The translations under genes and the position numbers were made by a program. DNA of 64,000 bases, from the NCBI GenBank assembly GCA_003282205.1, contig QBZW01000001.1:93205-157204 (forward strand). The letters are read 5' to 3'. Below, piece by piece: positions 18,239 through 28,538 of this stretch (position 1 is its first letter; the number at the start of each line of letters is the position of its first letter). The DNA comes from Pelagibacteraceae bacterium AG-337-G04 (GTDB lineage: Bacteria; Pseudomonadota; Alphaproteobacteria; Pelagibacterales; Pelagibacteraceae). Under the pieces are notes generated by a model. It searched no databases. It was given only the letters and a program-made list of their open reading frames with translations, and was not told the origin of the DNA.

Positions 18239-18931
18239 TTATTCTTGGATAACTTTTCCTTTTGGTCTGCTACCTTTAAGATATTCACCTTTAATTAAGT
18301 AACAAATAGACTCTGCAATATTAGTAATATGATCACCTGCTCTCTCTAAGTTTTTTGTTGCGAATATAAGATGTGTAGAAAAATCTAAATTTTTTTTATC
18401 TTTAGATAAAAAATCAATAACACTTTCCATTGCAATATATGTAAGGTCATCAACTTGCTCATCCTTTTCCCAAACTTCTTTGGCTTTATCGTAATTTTTG
18501 TTAACATAACTATCTAATACATCATTTAGTTGTTTAATAACCAACTCACCTAATCTTTTTAAATTTGAAAGTAATTCCTCTGGTAAATCTAGTGGAAGAG
18601 GTTTAACTTTTTTAGCATTACTTTTAGATAGGTCTCCAATTCTTTCTAAGTCTTGTGAGATTTTTAAAGAACTAATTGTTTCCCTTAAATCAATCGCCAT
18701 AGGAGCTCTTTTGACTAGTAATGTCATAATTTGAGTATCTATTTTTGATCTAAATTTATTAATTTCGTCATCACTTTTAATAATTTTATCAATAGAATCT
18801 TTATCAACTTTAATGATAGCGTCCATTGAGTCTACCATTTGAGACTCTGTTAAACTTCCCATTTTAATTACAGAATCAACAAGAAATTGTAATTCTTCTT
18901 CATATGACTTTACTGTATGTTCGTTACTCAT
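18239..18931 (-). CDS. phoU: Phosphate signalling protein PhoU
   Basis: EHTVKSYEEEL, APMAIDLR, DLERIGD and NLERAGDHITNIAE motifs. Confidence 0.96.
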   Translation of the reverse strand: MSNEHTVKSYEEELQFLVDSVIKMGSLTESQMVDSMDAIIKVDKDSIDKIIKSDDEINKFRSKIDTQIMTLLVKRAPMAIDLRETISSLKISQDLERIGDLSKSNAKKVKPLPLDLPEELLSNLKRLGELVIKQLNDVLDSYVNKNYDKAKEVWEKDEQVDDLTYIAMESVIDFLSKDKKNLDFSTHLIFATKNLERAGDHITNIAESICYLIKGEYLKGSRPKGKVIQE

Positions 18932-18934
18932 AGT

Positions 18935-19696
18935 TTATCCAAATCTACCTGTAATATAATCTTGTGTCATTTTATTGTCAGGGTTCTTAAAAATTTTTTC
19001 TGTTTTTCCTACTTCAATTAATTTTCCAAGATGAAAAAAGCCAGTTTTCTGTGAAACTCTAACTGCTTGAGCCATCGAATGGGTAACAATTACTATTGTA
19101 TAGGTTTTCTTAAGTTCATCAATCAATTCCTCAATTTTGGCTGTTGCAATTGGATCTAAGGCTGAACATGGTTCATCCATTAGAATTACTTCTGGATTTA
19201 CTGATATTGCTCTGGCTATACAGAGTCGTTGTTGTTGACCTCCAGATAATCCAGTGCCTGGTTCGTCTAACCTATCTTTTACCTCTTCCCACAAAGCAGC
19301 TTTTTTTAAACTTCTTTCAACTATTTCATCTAGCTCACTTTTTGTCTCTCCCTTACCATGTATCTTTGGACCATATGAAATATTATCGTATATGCTTTTA
19401 GGAAATGGATTTGGTTTTTGAAACACCATCCCAACTCTTTCTCTTAAGGAAACGACGTCTAAATTTTCATCATTAATTTCTACACCGTCAATCTCAATAT
19501 TTCCTGTAACTTTGCAAATATCAATTACGTCATTCATTCTGTTTATACATCTTATGAAGGTTGATTTACCACACCCAGATGGACCAATTAATGCAGTTAC
19601 TTCTTTTTCATTCAAATCTAAGTTTACATCAAATAAAGCTTGTTTATCTCCGTAGAACACATTTAAATTATTAGATTTGATTTTTACTTCATTCAT
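18935..19696 (-). CDS. pstB: Phosphate ABC transporter ATPase
   Basis: [42 protein letters not shown] and YITGRFG motifs. Confidence 0.98.
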   Translation of the reverse strand: MNEVKIKSNNLNVFYGDKQALFDVNLDLNEKEVTALIGPSGCGKSTFIRCINRMNDVIDICKVTGNIEIDGVEINDENLDVVSLRERVGMVFQKPNPFPKSIYDNISYGPKIHGKGETKSELDEIVERSLKKAALWEEVKDRLDEPGTGLSGGQQQRLCIARAISVNPEVILMDEPCSALDPIATAKIEELIDELKKTYTIVIVTHSMAQAVRVSQKTGFFHLGKLIEVGKTEKIFKNPDNKMTQDYITGRFG

Positions 19697-20959
19697 TTAA
19701 TTCCATCTTTTTTCAAATTTTTGTCTTAAATATACTGCTATAAAATTCATAAAAATTAAAAAACTCAATAGCATCATAATAGTTGCTGATGTTTTTTCAA
19801 CAAAACCTCTTTCAGCTGACTCTGACCATAAATATACCTGCACAGGTAGCGAGGATGATGGATCAATTGGAGTTGATGGAATGTCTACAACAAAAGCAAC
19901 CATACCAATCAGAATTAATGGTGCAGTCTCTCCTAATGCTTGTGCTAAACCAATAATTGTTCCTGATAAAGTTCCTGGTAGCGATAACGGAACTACATGA
20001 TGAAATACAGATTGAAACTTTGATGCGCCTACTGCCAATGCACCTTCTCTTATCGAAGGTGGAACTGCTTTTAAAGATGCTCTGCAAGGAATAATTATTC
20101 TTGGTAATGTCATCAAGGCTAATGTAATACCAGCTACTAATGGAGTAGATCTAGGTAACTGAATAGTAGCTAACAATATTTGAAGAGCAAGTAATCCATA
20201 AACAATTGAAGGAACTGCAGCTAAATTATTAATGTTTATTTCGATAAAATCTGTAATTTTATTTTTTGGAGCAAACTCTTCTAAATAAATTGAAGCAAGA
20301 ACAGCAACTGGAAAAGCTAACAATAGACATATGATTATGCTATAGAACGATCCAACTAAAGCCCCTCCAATTCCAGCTAGCTCTGGATCTCTGGAGTCCC
20401 CATTATTAAAAAAATAATTATTAAAATTTTTGTTTATTTTATTATTTTGTAAAAGATTGTCATAAATTTTTAGCTGAAAATTTGAAATTCTTCTTCTATC
20501 CTCTGGTAAATTCCTAGGGTAATTTCCTTTATGCAATTGATCTATATCGTCTGATGCCGTTATTTCTAAGTTAATTTTTTTTCCTATTAAGTTGTTATTT
20601 TCTAAAAAAGCTTTTTTAATTTCAATTTCAGCATCGGTTGTAAATAAATCAATTAATTCATTTTCTTCATCTAAATTTTTAGCAGGATATGCTTTAAGAA
20701 GAGTTTCAATTGTAATATCATAAAAATCTGCTTCCCTTATATTCTCCTCTGGTGCTCCATTTTCAATATCAATTAATTCTGAGTCAAAGAAAACCTCTAC
20801 ATTAATGACTGTTTTCATGAATGCAGAACTTCCTTTTGAAAAAATATTATTTACTAATATAAGTACAAAAACCAAAGCAACCAAAATTGATGTAAGACCA
20901 TACAATCTAAACCTTTTTTCAGCAGCATGTCGTTTTTTTAATCTTTGTTCTTTAGTCAT
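19697..20959 (-). CDS. pstA: Phosphate ABC transporter permease PstA
   Basis: INNLAAVPSIVYGLL, SIREGALAVGAS and QALGETAPL motifs; long N-terminal extension. Confidence 0.96.
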   Translation of the reverse strand: MTKEQRLKKRHAAEKRFRLYGLTSILVALVFVLILVNNIFSKGSSAFMKTVINVEVFFDSELIDIENGAPEENIREADFYDITIETLLKAYPAKNLDEENELIDLFTTDAEIEIKKAFLENNNLIGKKINLEITASDDIDQLHKGNYPRNLPEDRRRISNFQLKIYDNLLQNNKINKNFNNYFFNNGDSRDPELAGIGGALVGSFYSIIICLLLAFPVAVLASIYLEEFAPKNKITDFIEININNLAAVPSIVYGLLALQILLATIQLPRSTPLVAGITLALMTLPRIIIPCRASLKAVPPSIREGALAVGASKFQSVFHHVVPLSLPGTLSGTIIGLAQALGETAPLILIGMVAFVVDIPSTPIDPSSSLPVQVYLWSESAERGFVEKTSATIMMLLSFLIFMNFIAVYLRQKFEKRWN

Positions 20960-22355
20960 ATTTCTCTCTATATTTTTTCACAGCTCTCTGAGCTATGTAA
21001 TTTAAAATCAATGTTGCAACAAATAGTGTCAATCCCAATGCAAAAGCTGACTGCGTTTTTGGGCTATCAAATTCTTGGTCACCAACGAGTATCATTACAA
21101 TTTGGGTTGTGATTGTTGTTGTTGATTCTAGCGGGTTAATAGTGAGATTAGCTGCTAATCCTGCTGCCATAACTACAATCATGGTTTCACCAATAGCTCT
21201 CGATACTGCTAGCAATACTGATCCAATTATTCCAGGTAATGCTGCAGGAATTACAACTTGTTTTATCGTTTCTGATTTGGTTGCTCCAACAGCATAAGAA
21301 CCATCTCTAAGTGATTGCGGTACTGAATTAATTACATCATCAGATAAAGAGGAAATATAGGGTATAATCATTATTCCCATAATTAGACCTGCAGCTAAAG
21401 CACTCTCTGAGGAAACTGTTAAACCAATACTCTCACCTATTTGTCTAAAGAATGGTCCTACGGTTAAAGCTGCAAAAAAACCATAAACAACAGTAGGTAT
21501 TCCAGCAAGTATCTCAATGATTGGTTTTGAAATTCTTCTTATTTTAAAGGAAGCATATTCGGCCATGTATATTCCTGAAAATAATCCAATAGGTACAGCA
21601 ACAAACATAGCAATGAATGCAATAAATGAAGTTCCAGCTATCAATGGAACAAAACCAAATGCATCTTTTAATTCCTCGTATTCAGCAGTTGTTATTGCTG
21701 ATGCATCACTTACAAATGCTCTTTGAGGGCTCCAATTAGTACCAAATAAATAGTCAAAAATATTTATTACTGAAAAAAATTTTATACTTTCAAATAATAA
21801 TGAGAATATTATTCCTAAAGTCGTAAGAATAGCAATTAAGGATGAAACAAAAAGCAAACCTTTTAAAATTTTCTCGACATCTTCTCTTGCTTTATTATTA
21901 TTTTTAATTTTTTTTAATGAAAAAATAACTGAAGCAATAATTGTTACAAAAATTAAAACTATTTTAGAATTAGTAAAAATATTTAAAAATTTTGAATATG
22001 ATATCGCGCTTTCTTTTAAGATAGTGTCAATATCACCAAAATAAGTACCTAAATGAATTGCTTTAATTTTTTCGTAAATTAAGTTAGCTTCATTTTTATC
22101 ATTAAAAATTGCTCCTTGATTTGCGGCTGTCTCAATAATAATTGATTTTATAATTATGGGTTCAAATAAAGACCAAACTAATAAAAAAACTAATGCAGGT
22201 ATTGAACTCCATAGAACTAAATAATAACCATAAAATTTTGGAAGTGCATTTAATTTAATATTTCTCTCAATAGATATACTTTTTGTCTTTGACTTACCGT
22301 AAAAAAACAAAGATGATGAAAATATTACTATTAAAAAAATAAGAACGAAATTCAT
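20952..22355 (-). CDS. pstC: Phosphate ABC transporter permease PstC
   Basis: EILAGIPTVVYG, SLRDGSYAVGATKSET and SRAIGETMIV motifs. Confidence 0.96.
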   Translation of the reverse strand: MNFVLIFLIVIFSSSLFFYGKSKTKSISIERNIKLNALPKFYGYYLVLWSSIPALVFLLVWSLFEPIIIKSIIIETAANQGAIFNDKNEANLIYEKIKAIHLGTYFGDIDTILKESAISYSKFLNIFTNSKIVLIFVTIIASVIFSLKKIKNNNKAREDVEKILKGLLFVSSLIAILTTLGIIFSLLFESIKFFSVINIFDYLFGTNWSPQRAFVSDASAITTAEYEELKDAFGFVPLIAGTSFIAFIAMFVAVPIGLFSGIYMAEYASFKIRRISKPIIEILAGIPTVVYGFFAALTVGPFFRQIGESIGLTVSSESALAAGLIMGIMIIPYISSLSDDVINSVPQSLRDGSYAVGATKSETIKQVVIPAALPGIIGSVLLAVSRAIGETMIVVMAAGLAANLTINPLESTTTITTQIVMILVGDQEFDSPKTQSAFALGLTLFVATLILNYIAQRAVKKYREKYD

Positions 22356-22380
22356 TCGAACAACTTGATATATTTAATTT

Positions 22381-22398
22381 GTTACAGATTTATTACAA
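22381..22398 (-). promoter_or_regulatory. Putative PHO box upstream of pstC
   Basis: Minus strand reads TTGTAAT-AAAT-CTGTAAC, a 7-4-7 direct repeat resembling CTGTCAT-N4-CTGTCAT. Confidence 0.7.
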
Positions 22399-22417
22399 AT
22401 TAAATTAGTAATTGAAT

Positions 22418-22448
22418 AAAAAGGCCAATGAATTTGGCCTTTTTTTTT
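22418..22448 (-). terminator. Intrinsic terminator-like hairpin downstream of pstS
   Basis: AAAAAGGCCAA-TGAAT-TTGGCCTTTTT inverted repeat with T tracts on both strands. Confidence 0.8.
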
Positions 22449-22464
22449 AATTTTGAGTATTAGT

Positions 22465-23493
22465 CTAGTTAATGCTTATAGTAACAAGATCTAGAGCTGC
22501 TGTTCGTGTTGCTTTATACTTGTCAGATGCTAAAGGAACTAATCCAATTTTAGCTAAATAACCTCTGTTACTCATGGCTTTTTTTGAAGTGAATTCTTTA
22601 AGAAATTCCTTAATCCCAGGTATAACACCAACATGAGCCTTTTTAACATAAAAGAATAATGGCCTAGCAATTGGGTATGAATAATCCTGAATTCCTTCTA
22701 ATGATGGTTGCACACCATCTACTGATGAAGCTTTAATTTTATCTTTGTTTGCAACCAAATAACTATAACCAAAAAAACCGAAAGCATCAGGATTTGATGA
22801 GAGTTTTTGTATTATCAGCGTATCATTTTCGCCAGCTTCAACGGCATATCCATCTTCACGTATTTTAGCACATTCTTTTTTAGCTTTTTTACCTGCTGAC
22901 TCATAAAGAGATTTTGCAGTTTTTGTACATCCTTTAGTCATTACTAAAGAATTCCAAGCATCTCTAGTTCCTGATGTTGGAGGAGCTATTAAAATTTCAA
23001 TTTTTTTGTTTGGAAGATTTGCATCTATATCACTCCATTTTTTATAAGGATTTACTAAAAGTTTACCATCGATGTCCACTTTAGCGGCTAGGGCTCTCCA
23101 TAATTGCTCTTTAGTAAAATCAGCATCTGGAGCGCTCACTGAATGAGCAAAAGAAATTCCGTCATTACCAACAATTATTTCTATAATTTCAGTAACACCA
23201 TTTTTTTTACATAATTTTATTTCTTTTGGTTTAATTGCTCTGGAGGCATTTGTAACATCTGGATGATTTGCACCAACACCTGCACAGAATAATTTCATTC
23301 CACCACCAGTTCCTGTGCTTTCTATAACCGGAGTTTTGAACTTACCACTTTTACCAAATTTTTCAGCAACTACAGTTGCATAAGGATAAACAGTGGACGA
23401 TCCTACTATTTTAATTTGATCTCTTGAATAACTAGTTGTTGTAAAACTTAAAACTATAAGAAATCCTAAAAATATATTTATTATTTTTTTCAT
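22465..23493 (-). CDS. pstS: Phosphate ABC transporter substrate-binding protein
   Basis: Signal peptide; IVGSSTVYPY, ESTGTGGG, PPTSGTRD and YPIARPLFFYVK motifs; AGGAG Shine-Dalgarno upstream. Confidence 0.96.
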   Translation of the reverse strand: MKKIINIFLGFLIVLSFTTTSYSRDQIKIVGSSTVYPYATVVAEKFGKSGKFKTPVIESTGTGGGMKLFCAGVGANHPDVTNASRAIKPKEIKLCKKNGVTEIIEIIVGNDGISFAHSVSAPDADFTKEQLWRALAAKVDIDGKLLVNPYKKWSDIDANLPNKKIEILIAPPTSGTRDAWNSLVMTKGCTKTAKSLYESAGKKAKKECAKIREDGYAVEAGENDTLIIQKLSSNPDAFGFFGYSYLVANKDKIKASSVDGVQPSLEGIQDYSYPIARPLFFYVKKAHVGVIPGIKEFLKEFTSKKAMSNRGYLAKIGLVPLASDKYKATRTAALDLVTISIN

Positions 23494-23550
23494 TTATCTC
23501 CTTAAGAATTTATTATGCTTAAATAAATAAATCTGATTCTTAAATATTTT

Positions 23551-23579
23551 ATTAAAGGAACGTTAAACTTTTATTACAA
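23551..23579 (-). promoter_or_regulatory. Putative PHO box array upstream of pstS (three half-sites, 11-bp period)
   Basis: Minus strand reads TTGTAAT-AAAA-GTTTAAC-GTTC-CTTTAAT. Confidence 0.6.
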
Positions 23580-23599
23580 GGACTAACTTTTTAGTTGTA

Positions 23600-24757
23600 T
23601 TATAGAGAATTGAATTTGATATCTATTGTTGTTCCTTGATTTTCAATACTGTTGATGTTCATTTCTGCTCTATGTTGAGAAACCAAATGTTTCACAATTG
23701 CCAAACCTAATCCTGTTCCTCCAACGCTTCGACTTTTGCTAGGGTCTACCGTGAAAAATCTTTCAGTGATTCTGTGTATTGATTCTTTTGGAATTCCAAT
23801 TCCTTGATCTGCTACGGAAATAATAATTAAATCCCCATCTTTTTTTGCTGTAATTATTATTTCCTTATTTTTATCACTATATTTAATCGAATTATCAATA
23901 AGATTTGTGAATATTTCAATAAGCTTATCTCTGTCACCTATTATTTTACAATTATCGATTTTATTAAATATAAGTTTAATTTTATTTTTAATTAATATTT
24001 TTTCATATGTTTTAATTACATAATCAATCAGCTCTACCAAATCTATCTCGTGAGTTGGTCTTATGTGTTCTTGTAATTCAATTTTTGATAAAGAAAGTAA
24101 ATCTCGAATTAGATTTTCCATTCTCTCTGACTGGGAAATCATAACAGGTAATAGATTATTTGCCTCTGAATTTTGTTTTATATCTGTGTTATTTTCAAAG
24201 GTTTCAAGACCCATTTTTATTGATTGTAAAGGAGTTCTTAGCTCGTGAGAAACATTAGCAACAAAATCTGATTTGAGTTGTTGGAATTTATAAAATTCAG
24301 TTAAGTCTCTAATAAATAAAAAGCATGAATTTTCATCGAAAAATAAGTTATTTTGGTCAAGATAAATAGTAATATTTAATCTCAAAACAGCTTGATTTCT
24401 GATTTCTATTTCAAAATCTGTAACTTTTTTACCTTCAAATGCCTTATCAATTGAAATTAATAAATCCGGGTTTCTTAAATAGCCGCTAATATTTTCATTT
24501 AATTTTATTTGAAACCAATTATTTGCAGAATTATTACTAAATATAATTTTCTTTGATTTATCTAATATTATTATTCCCTCTGGTATATAATTTAATAAAT
24601 CATAGATATTTTTTCTATAATCTTTACTTTCAATTACTTTTACTTGTTCTTCAGTTTTGTTTTTATCCGTTTTGATACCTAGGACTCTTTCTTTTTTAAG
24701 CAACAAGAAAGCCAAAATCCCTATGATAATTAATAAGATTATTGTTAAAAGTTCCAT
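23600..24757 (-). CDS. phoR: Phosphate regulon sensor kinase PhoR
   Basis: One N-terminal TM, PAS-like segment, DFVANVSHELRTPL H-box, NLIDNSIKYS, DQGIGIP and GGTGLGLAIVKH; adjacent to the pst operon. Confidence 0.92.
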   Translation of the reverse strand: MELLTIILLIIIGILAFLLLKKERVLGIKTDKNKTEEQVKVIESKDYRKNIYDLLNYIPEGIIILDKSKKIIFSNNSANNWFQIKLNENISGYLRNPDLLISIDKAFEGKKVTDFEIEIRNQAVLRLNITIYLDQNNLFFDENSCFLFIRDLTEFYKFQQLKSDFVANVSHELRTPLQSIKMGLETFENNTDIKQNSEANNLLPVMISQSERMENLIRDLLSLSKIELQEHIRPTHEIDLVELIDYVIKTYEKILIKNKIKLIFNKIDNCKIIGDRDKLIEIFTNLIDNSIKYSDKNKEIIITAKKDGDLIIISVADQGIGIPKESIHRITERFFTVDPSKSRSVGGTGLGLAIVKHLVSQHRAEMNINSIENQGTTIDIKFNSL

Positions 24758-24767
24758 TTAATTACAA

Positions 24768-25607
24768 TTAAAATACTTTAATTCCTATTACACCAATAAC
24801 AATTAATAAAATAGATATAATTTTTTTTGAAGTTATTTGTTCTTTTAAAAAGAAATATCCAATTAAAATAGAAAATAAAATACTCGTTTCTCTTAATGCA
24901 CCAACAATTGGTATTGGTGCTTTAGTAAACGCCCATACTACTGTTATATAAGTGAAGTAATCAAGTGAACCGCCGAATATAAATATCTTTTTTCCATATT
25001 TTGCTAATCTTTGAATGATATTTTTCTCATCTTTTAAACGCATTACAAATGTGTGCAGTAATGCATTTATAACAAATACCCAGCTAATAAATGAAATAGC
25101 TGATAAACTTATCCTTGCGCCATATCCATCTATCACAGAATACAATCCGATCCATAAACCAGTTAATAGTGAATATTGGATTATTTTTGAGTTTTTTTTG
25201 GATTTATCAAATAAGCTTAAAAAAATTATTCCTAAACAAATAATTAAAATTGAAAGGATTATAAAATTATCAAGCACCAAACCTAAAAATAAAATTGAAA
25301 TTATAGTTGCAACCAAAGGTCCTGTTCCACGTGCAATCGGATAAACCTTTGTTAAATCTCCTAGTTCATATGCACTTAAAAGATACCATTGATATGCTTG
25401 GTGGATAATAATGCTTACAATTAAATAAGGAATGCTTTCAAATGTAGGCAAAGGTAAGATTATTATTGCTGTTAAAGCTAATGGTAGACGACCTAAAATT
25501 ACTCCAGATAAAGCTATAACTTTATCAGAATGTTTCTTAACCATTCCATTCCATGTGGCATGTGTAATAGCTGCGATAAGAACTAATATGAAAACAGTAT
25601 TATCCAT
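24768..25607 (-). CDS. EamA/DMT family transporter
   Basis: About 10 TM helices; HATWN, YPIARG.GP and ALRETSILF motifs. Confidence 0.88.
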   Translation of the reverse strand: MDNTVFILVLIAAITHATWNGMVKKHSDKVIALSGVILGRLPLALTAIIILPLPTFESIPYLIVSIIIHQAYQWYLLSAYELGDLTKVYPIARGTGPLVATIISILFLGLVLDNFIILSILIICLGIIFLSLFDKSKKNSKIIQYSLLTGLWIGLYSVIDGYGARISLSAISFISWVFVINALLHTFVMRLKDEKNIIQRLAKYGKKIFIFGGSLDYFTYITVVWAFTKAPIPIVGALRETSILFSILIGYFFLKEQITSKKIISILLIVIGVIGIKVF

Positions 25608-25617
25608 TAAGAGTTAA

Positions 25618-26820
25618 TTATTTAACTCTTCCATAAATGTCTTGATATCTAACAATATCAGTTTCTTTAAGTATAGAACCTACTTGGGCTTCCATAATTT
25701 TTACAGGTTTTTTTCCAGGATTTTGTATTCTATGAATTGCTCCTAATGGAATGAAAATATGTTCATTGGGTTTTTTATTAATGATATCATTGTTTAAAGT
25801 TATTCGTGGATTACCTTTGGTAACCAACCAATGTTCTGCTCTGTGATGATGTTTTTGAAGACTTAATATACCTTTAGGTTTTACTGATAATTCTTTAATT
25901 AAAAACTCTTTTCCCTCAAATAAATTTAAATAACTCCCCCATGGTCTATAAAAAACATTCTTTTTCTTAAAGTGTTTTCTTTTATTTTTATCATATATCT
26001 TAAGTATTTCTTTCCAACTACCAAGATCAGACCAAGGTAAATCTAGTTTAATAGCATTAATTTTATTTGTTTTCTCAAGTATTGCATAATCAAAAGATTT
26101 CTCAATTGATTTTTCAAAAGCTATTTTATTTAAGTAGTAAGTATTATTTTTATATTTGCCTTTTTTAATAGCCTCAACACAACTTTTGTAAGTTTTATTT
26201 TGATATTTTTTAAAGTTATTGATTATTGAGTCTTTTCTTAAATAAAACATGCCAGAGTTCCAGTAACCTTTTTTCTTAATTACTTCTTTTGCTTTTGATA
26301 ATTTTGGTTTTTCAATAAATTTTGTAACTTTATTTATAGATTTAATTTTTTTAGTTAAAAAATATCCATATTCACTTGATGGGTTTGTAGGTTTTATTCC
26401 AAAAATAAATAAATTTTGATTATCTAAGTTTGGTTTATTTTTTAAAAGGGATTTATTTAAAATATTAGACCTTTCAATTAAATGGTCTGCTGCAAAAAAC
26501 ATTAATGGTTGCTCTAATGGAATATCCTTTATCAAAGCTGAAGCAAGGATCGCTGGTGCGGTATTTTTTTTAGCTGGTTCTAAAACTATTTTAAACTTTT
26601 TAATTTTACTTTTTTTTAAAGCTAATTTGACTTGTTTTAAGTATTTTAAATTTGTACTGATTACAGGAAAATCAAAAATTGGTTTATTTACTCTTTCTAA
26701 AGTTTTTTGAATTAAACTCCATCCGCCAAAATCAATAAATTGTTTTGCTTGATGATTTTTTTTATCTGGCCAAAGTCTTGTTCCTGCGCCACCACAAAGT
26801 ATTACAGGTCTAATTTTCAT
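25618..26820 (-). CDS. manC: Mannose-1-phosphate guanylyltransferase / mannose-6-phosphate isomerase (type II PMI), internally shortened
   Basis: PVILCGGAGTRLWP..KQF, EP..KNTAPA, FIEKP, WNSGMF, SFDYAILEK, WSDLGSW, YRPWG and LSLQKHHHRAEHW motifs. Confidence 0.92.
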   Translation of the reverse strand: MKIRPVILCGGAGTRLWPDKKNHQAKQFIDFGGWSLIQKTLERVNKPIFDFPVISTNLKYLKQVKLALKKSKIKKFKIVLEPAKKNTAPAILASALIKDIPLEQPLMFFAADHLIERSNILNKSLLKNKPNLDNQNLFIFGIKPTNPSSEYGYFLTKKIKSINKVTKFIEKPKLSKAKEVIKKKGYWNSGMFYLRKDSIINNFKKYQNKTYKSCVEAIKKGKYKNNTYYLNKIAFEKSIEKSFDYAILEKTNKINAIKLDLPWSDLGSWKEILKIYDKNKRKHFKKKNVFYRPWGSYLNLFEGKEFLIKELSVKPKGILSLQKHHHRAEHWLVTKGNPRITLNNDIINKKPNEHIFIPLGAIHRIQNPGKKPVKIMEAQVGSILKETDIVRYQDIYGRVK

Positions 26821-28538
26821 TAAATATCAGCGTACGTTCTAACCTCGTTTTTACCACCCGGATGAGTTGGTGCACCTTTATAAGCTGGTCCGACAGTTTG
26901 TGCGTATTTCCATAATGTACCATTACCAAAATTCACTTTTCTTGGTTTCCATTTTTTACGTCTTGCACTTAATTCCTTCTTTGTAAGTCTTACGTTAATT
27001 GTGCCCATTTTAGCGTCTATATCAATGATATCCCCGTTCCTTAAAAGGGCTATAGGACCGCCTACAGAAGCCTCAGGGCCTACATGACCTATACAAAAGC
27101 CTCTAGTAGCCCCAGAGAACCTACCATCTGTAATAAGGGCTACTTTCTCCCCTTTTCCTTGACCATAGATTGCTGCAGTTGTTTGAAGCATTTCTCGCAT
27201 TCCTGGACCTCCTATTGGTCCCTCATATCTAATTATAATGATGTCTCCATCTTTGTATTTTCTGTTTATTACTGCTTTGTAAGCAGACTCTTCATTATCA
27301 AAACATCTAGCTTTTCCCGTAAATTGTAATTTTTTCAAACCTGCTATTTTCACAATTCCACCTTCTGGAGCTAAATTTCCTTTTAATCCAACAACTCCTC
27401 CTGTTGGTGAAATTGGATTTTTGTAAGATCTCATTACTTTTTGATTAGTTCTAAATTTGACATTTTTTAAATTTTCTCTCATTGTTTTACCTGTAACTGT
27501 CATACAGTCTCCATGAATGTAACCACCATCCATTAGAGTTTTTAATAACATTGGAACTCCTCCTGCTTCCCACATATCTTTTGCAACATATTTCCCACCA
27601 GGTTTTAAATCAGCAAGATAAGGAGTTTTCTTAAATATTTTTGCAACATCCATTAAATCAAATTTAATTCCAATTTCATTTGCGATAGCTGGTAAATGTA
27701 AACCTGCATTTGTTGATCCACCTGTTGCTGCAACAATAGTAGCAGCGTTTTCTAAAGCTTTTCTTGTAACTATATCTCTAGGTCTAATATTTTTTGCTAA
27801 TAAATTCATTACAGCTTTACCGCTGTCTATTGCATATTTATTTCTTTCTAAATATGGTGCTGGCGTTCCTGCTGAGAATGGTAAAGCTAATCCTATTGCT
27901 TCAGAAACACATGCCATTGTGTTTGCAGTAAATTGTCCGCCACAAGCACCTGCACTTGGACATGCTTTTAATTCTAATTTTCTTAATGCATGAGCTGTCA
28001 TTTTTTTTGATGTATATTTTCCAACACCTTCAAATACATCTACAACGGTTACATCTTTTCCATTAAATCTCCCAGGTAGAATTGATCCACCATATATAAA
28101 TACACTTGGAATATTTAAACGTACCATCGACATCATTAAACCAGGTAACGATTTATCACAGCCTGCTAATCCAACTAATGCATCATAACAATGTCCTCTA
28201 ACCGTAAGTTCAGTTGAGTCTGCTATTACATCTCTTGATATTAATGACGATTTCATTCCTTCATGACCCATCGCAATACCATCAGTTACTGTAATAGTAC
28301 AAAATTCTCTTGGAGTTCCACCTGAAGCTTTAACTCCTTTTTTAACTGATTGAGCTTGCTTCATTAAATTTATGTTACATGGGGCAGCTTCATTCCATGT
28401 TGAAACAACACCAACAAATGGTTTTGCTACATCTTTTTCTGTTAGATCCATTGCATAATAAAAAGATCTTTGAGGGGCTTTATCTGCACCTATTGTTGTA
28501 TGTCTACTTGGTAATTTTTTCTTATTAAATTTTTTCAT
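26820..28538 (-). CDS. ilvD: Dihydroxy-acid dehydratase
   Basis: [36 protein letters not shown] and LITDGRFSG motifs. Confidence 0.98.
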   Translation of the reverse strand: MKKFNKKKLPSRHTTIGADKAPQRSFYYAMDLTEKDVAKPFVGVVSTWNEAAPCNINLMKQAQSVKKGVKASGGTPREFCTITVTDGIAMGHEGMKSSLISRDVIADSTELTVRGHCYDALVGLAGCDKSLPGLMMSMVRLNIPSVFIYGGSILPGRFNGKDVTVVDVFEGVGKYTSKKMTAHALRKLELKACPSAGACGGQFTANTMACVSEAIGLALPFSAGTPAPYLERNKYAIDSGKAVMNLLAKNIRPRDIVTRKALENAATIVAATGGSTNAGLHLPAIANEIGIKFDLMDVAKIFKKTPYLADLKPGGKYVAKDMWEAGGVPMLLKTLMDGGYIHGDCMTVTGKTMRENLKNVKFRTNQKVMRSYKNPISPTGGVVGLKGNLAPEGGIVKIAGLKKLQFTGKARCFDNEESAYKAVINRKYKDGDIIIIRYEGPIGGPGMREMLQTTAAIYGQGKGEKVALITDGRFSGATRGFCIGHVGPEASVGGPIALLRNGDIIDIDAKMGTINVRLTKKELSARRKKWKPRKVNFGNGTLWKYAQTVGPAYKGAPTHPGGKNEVRTYADI

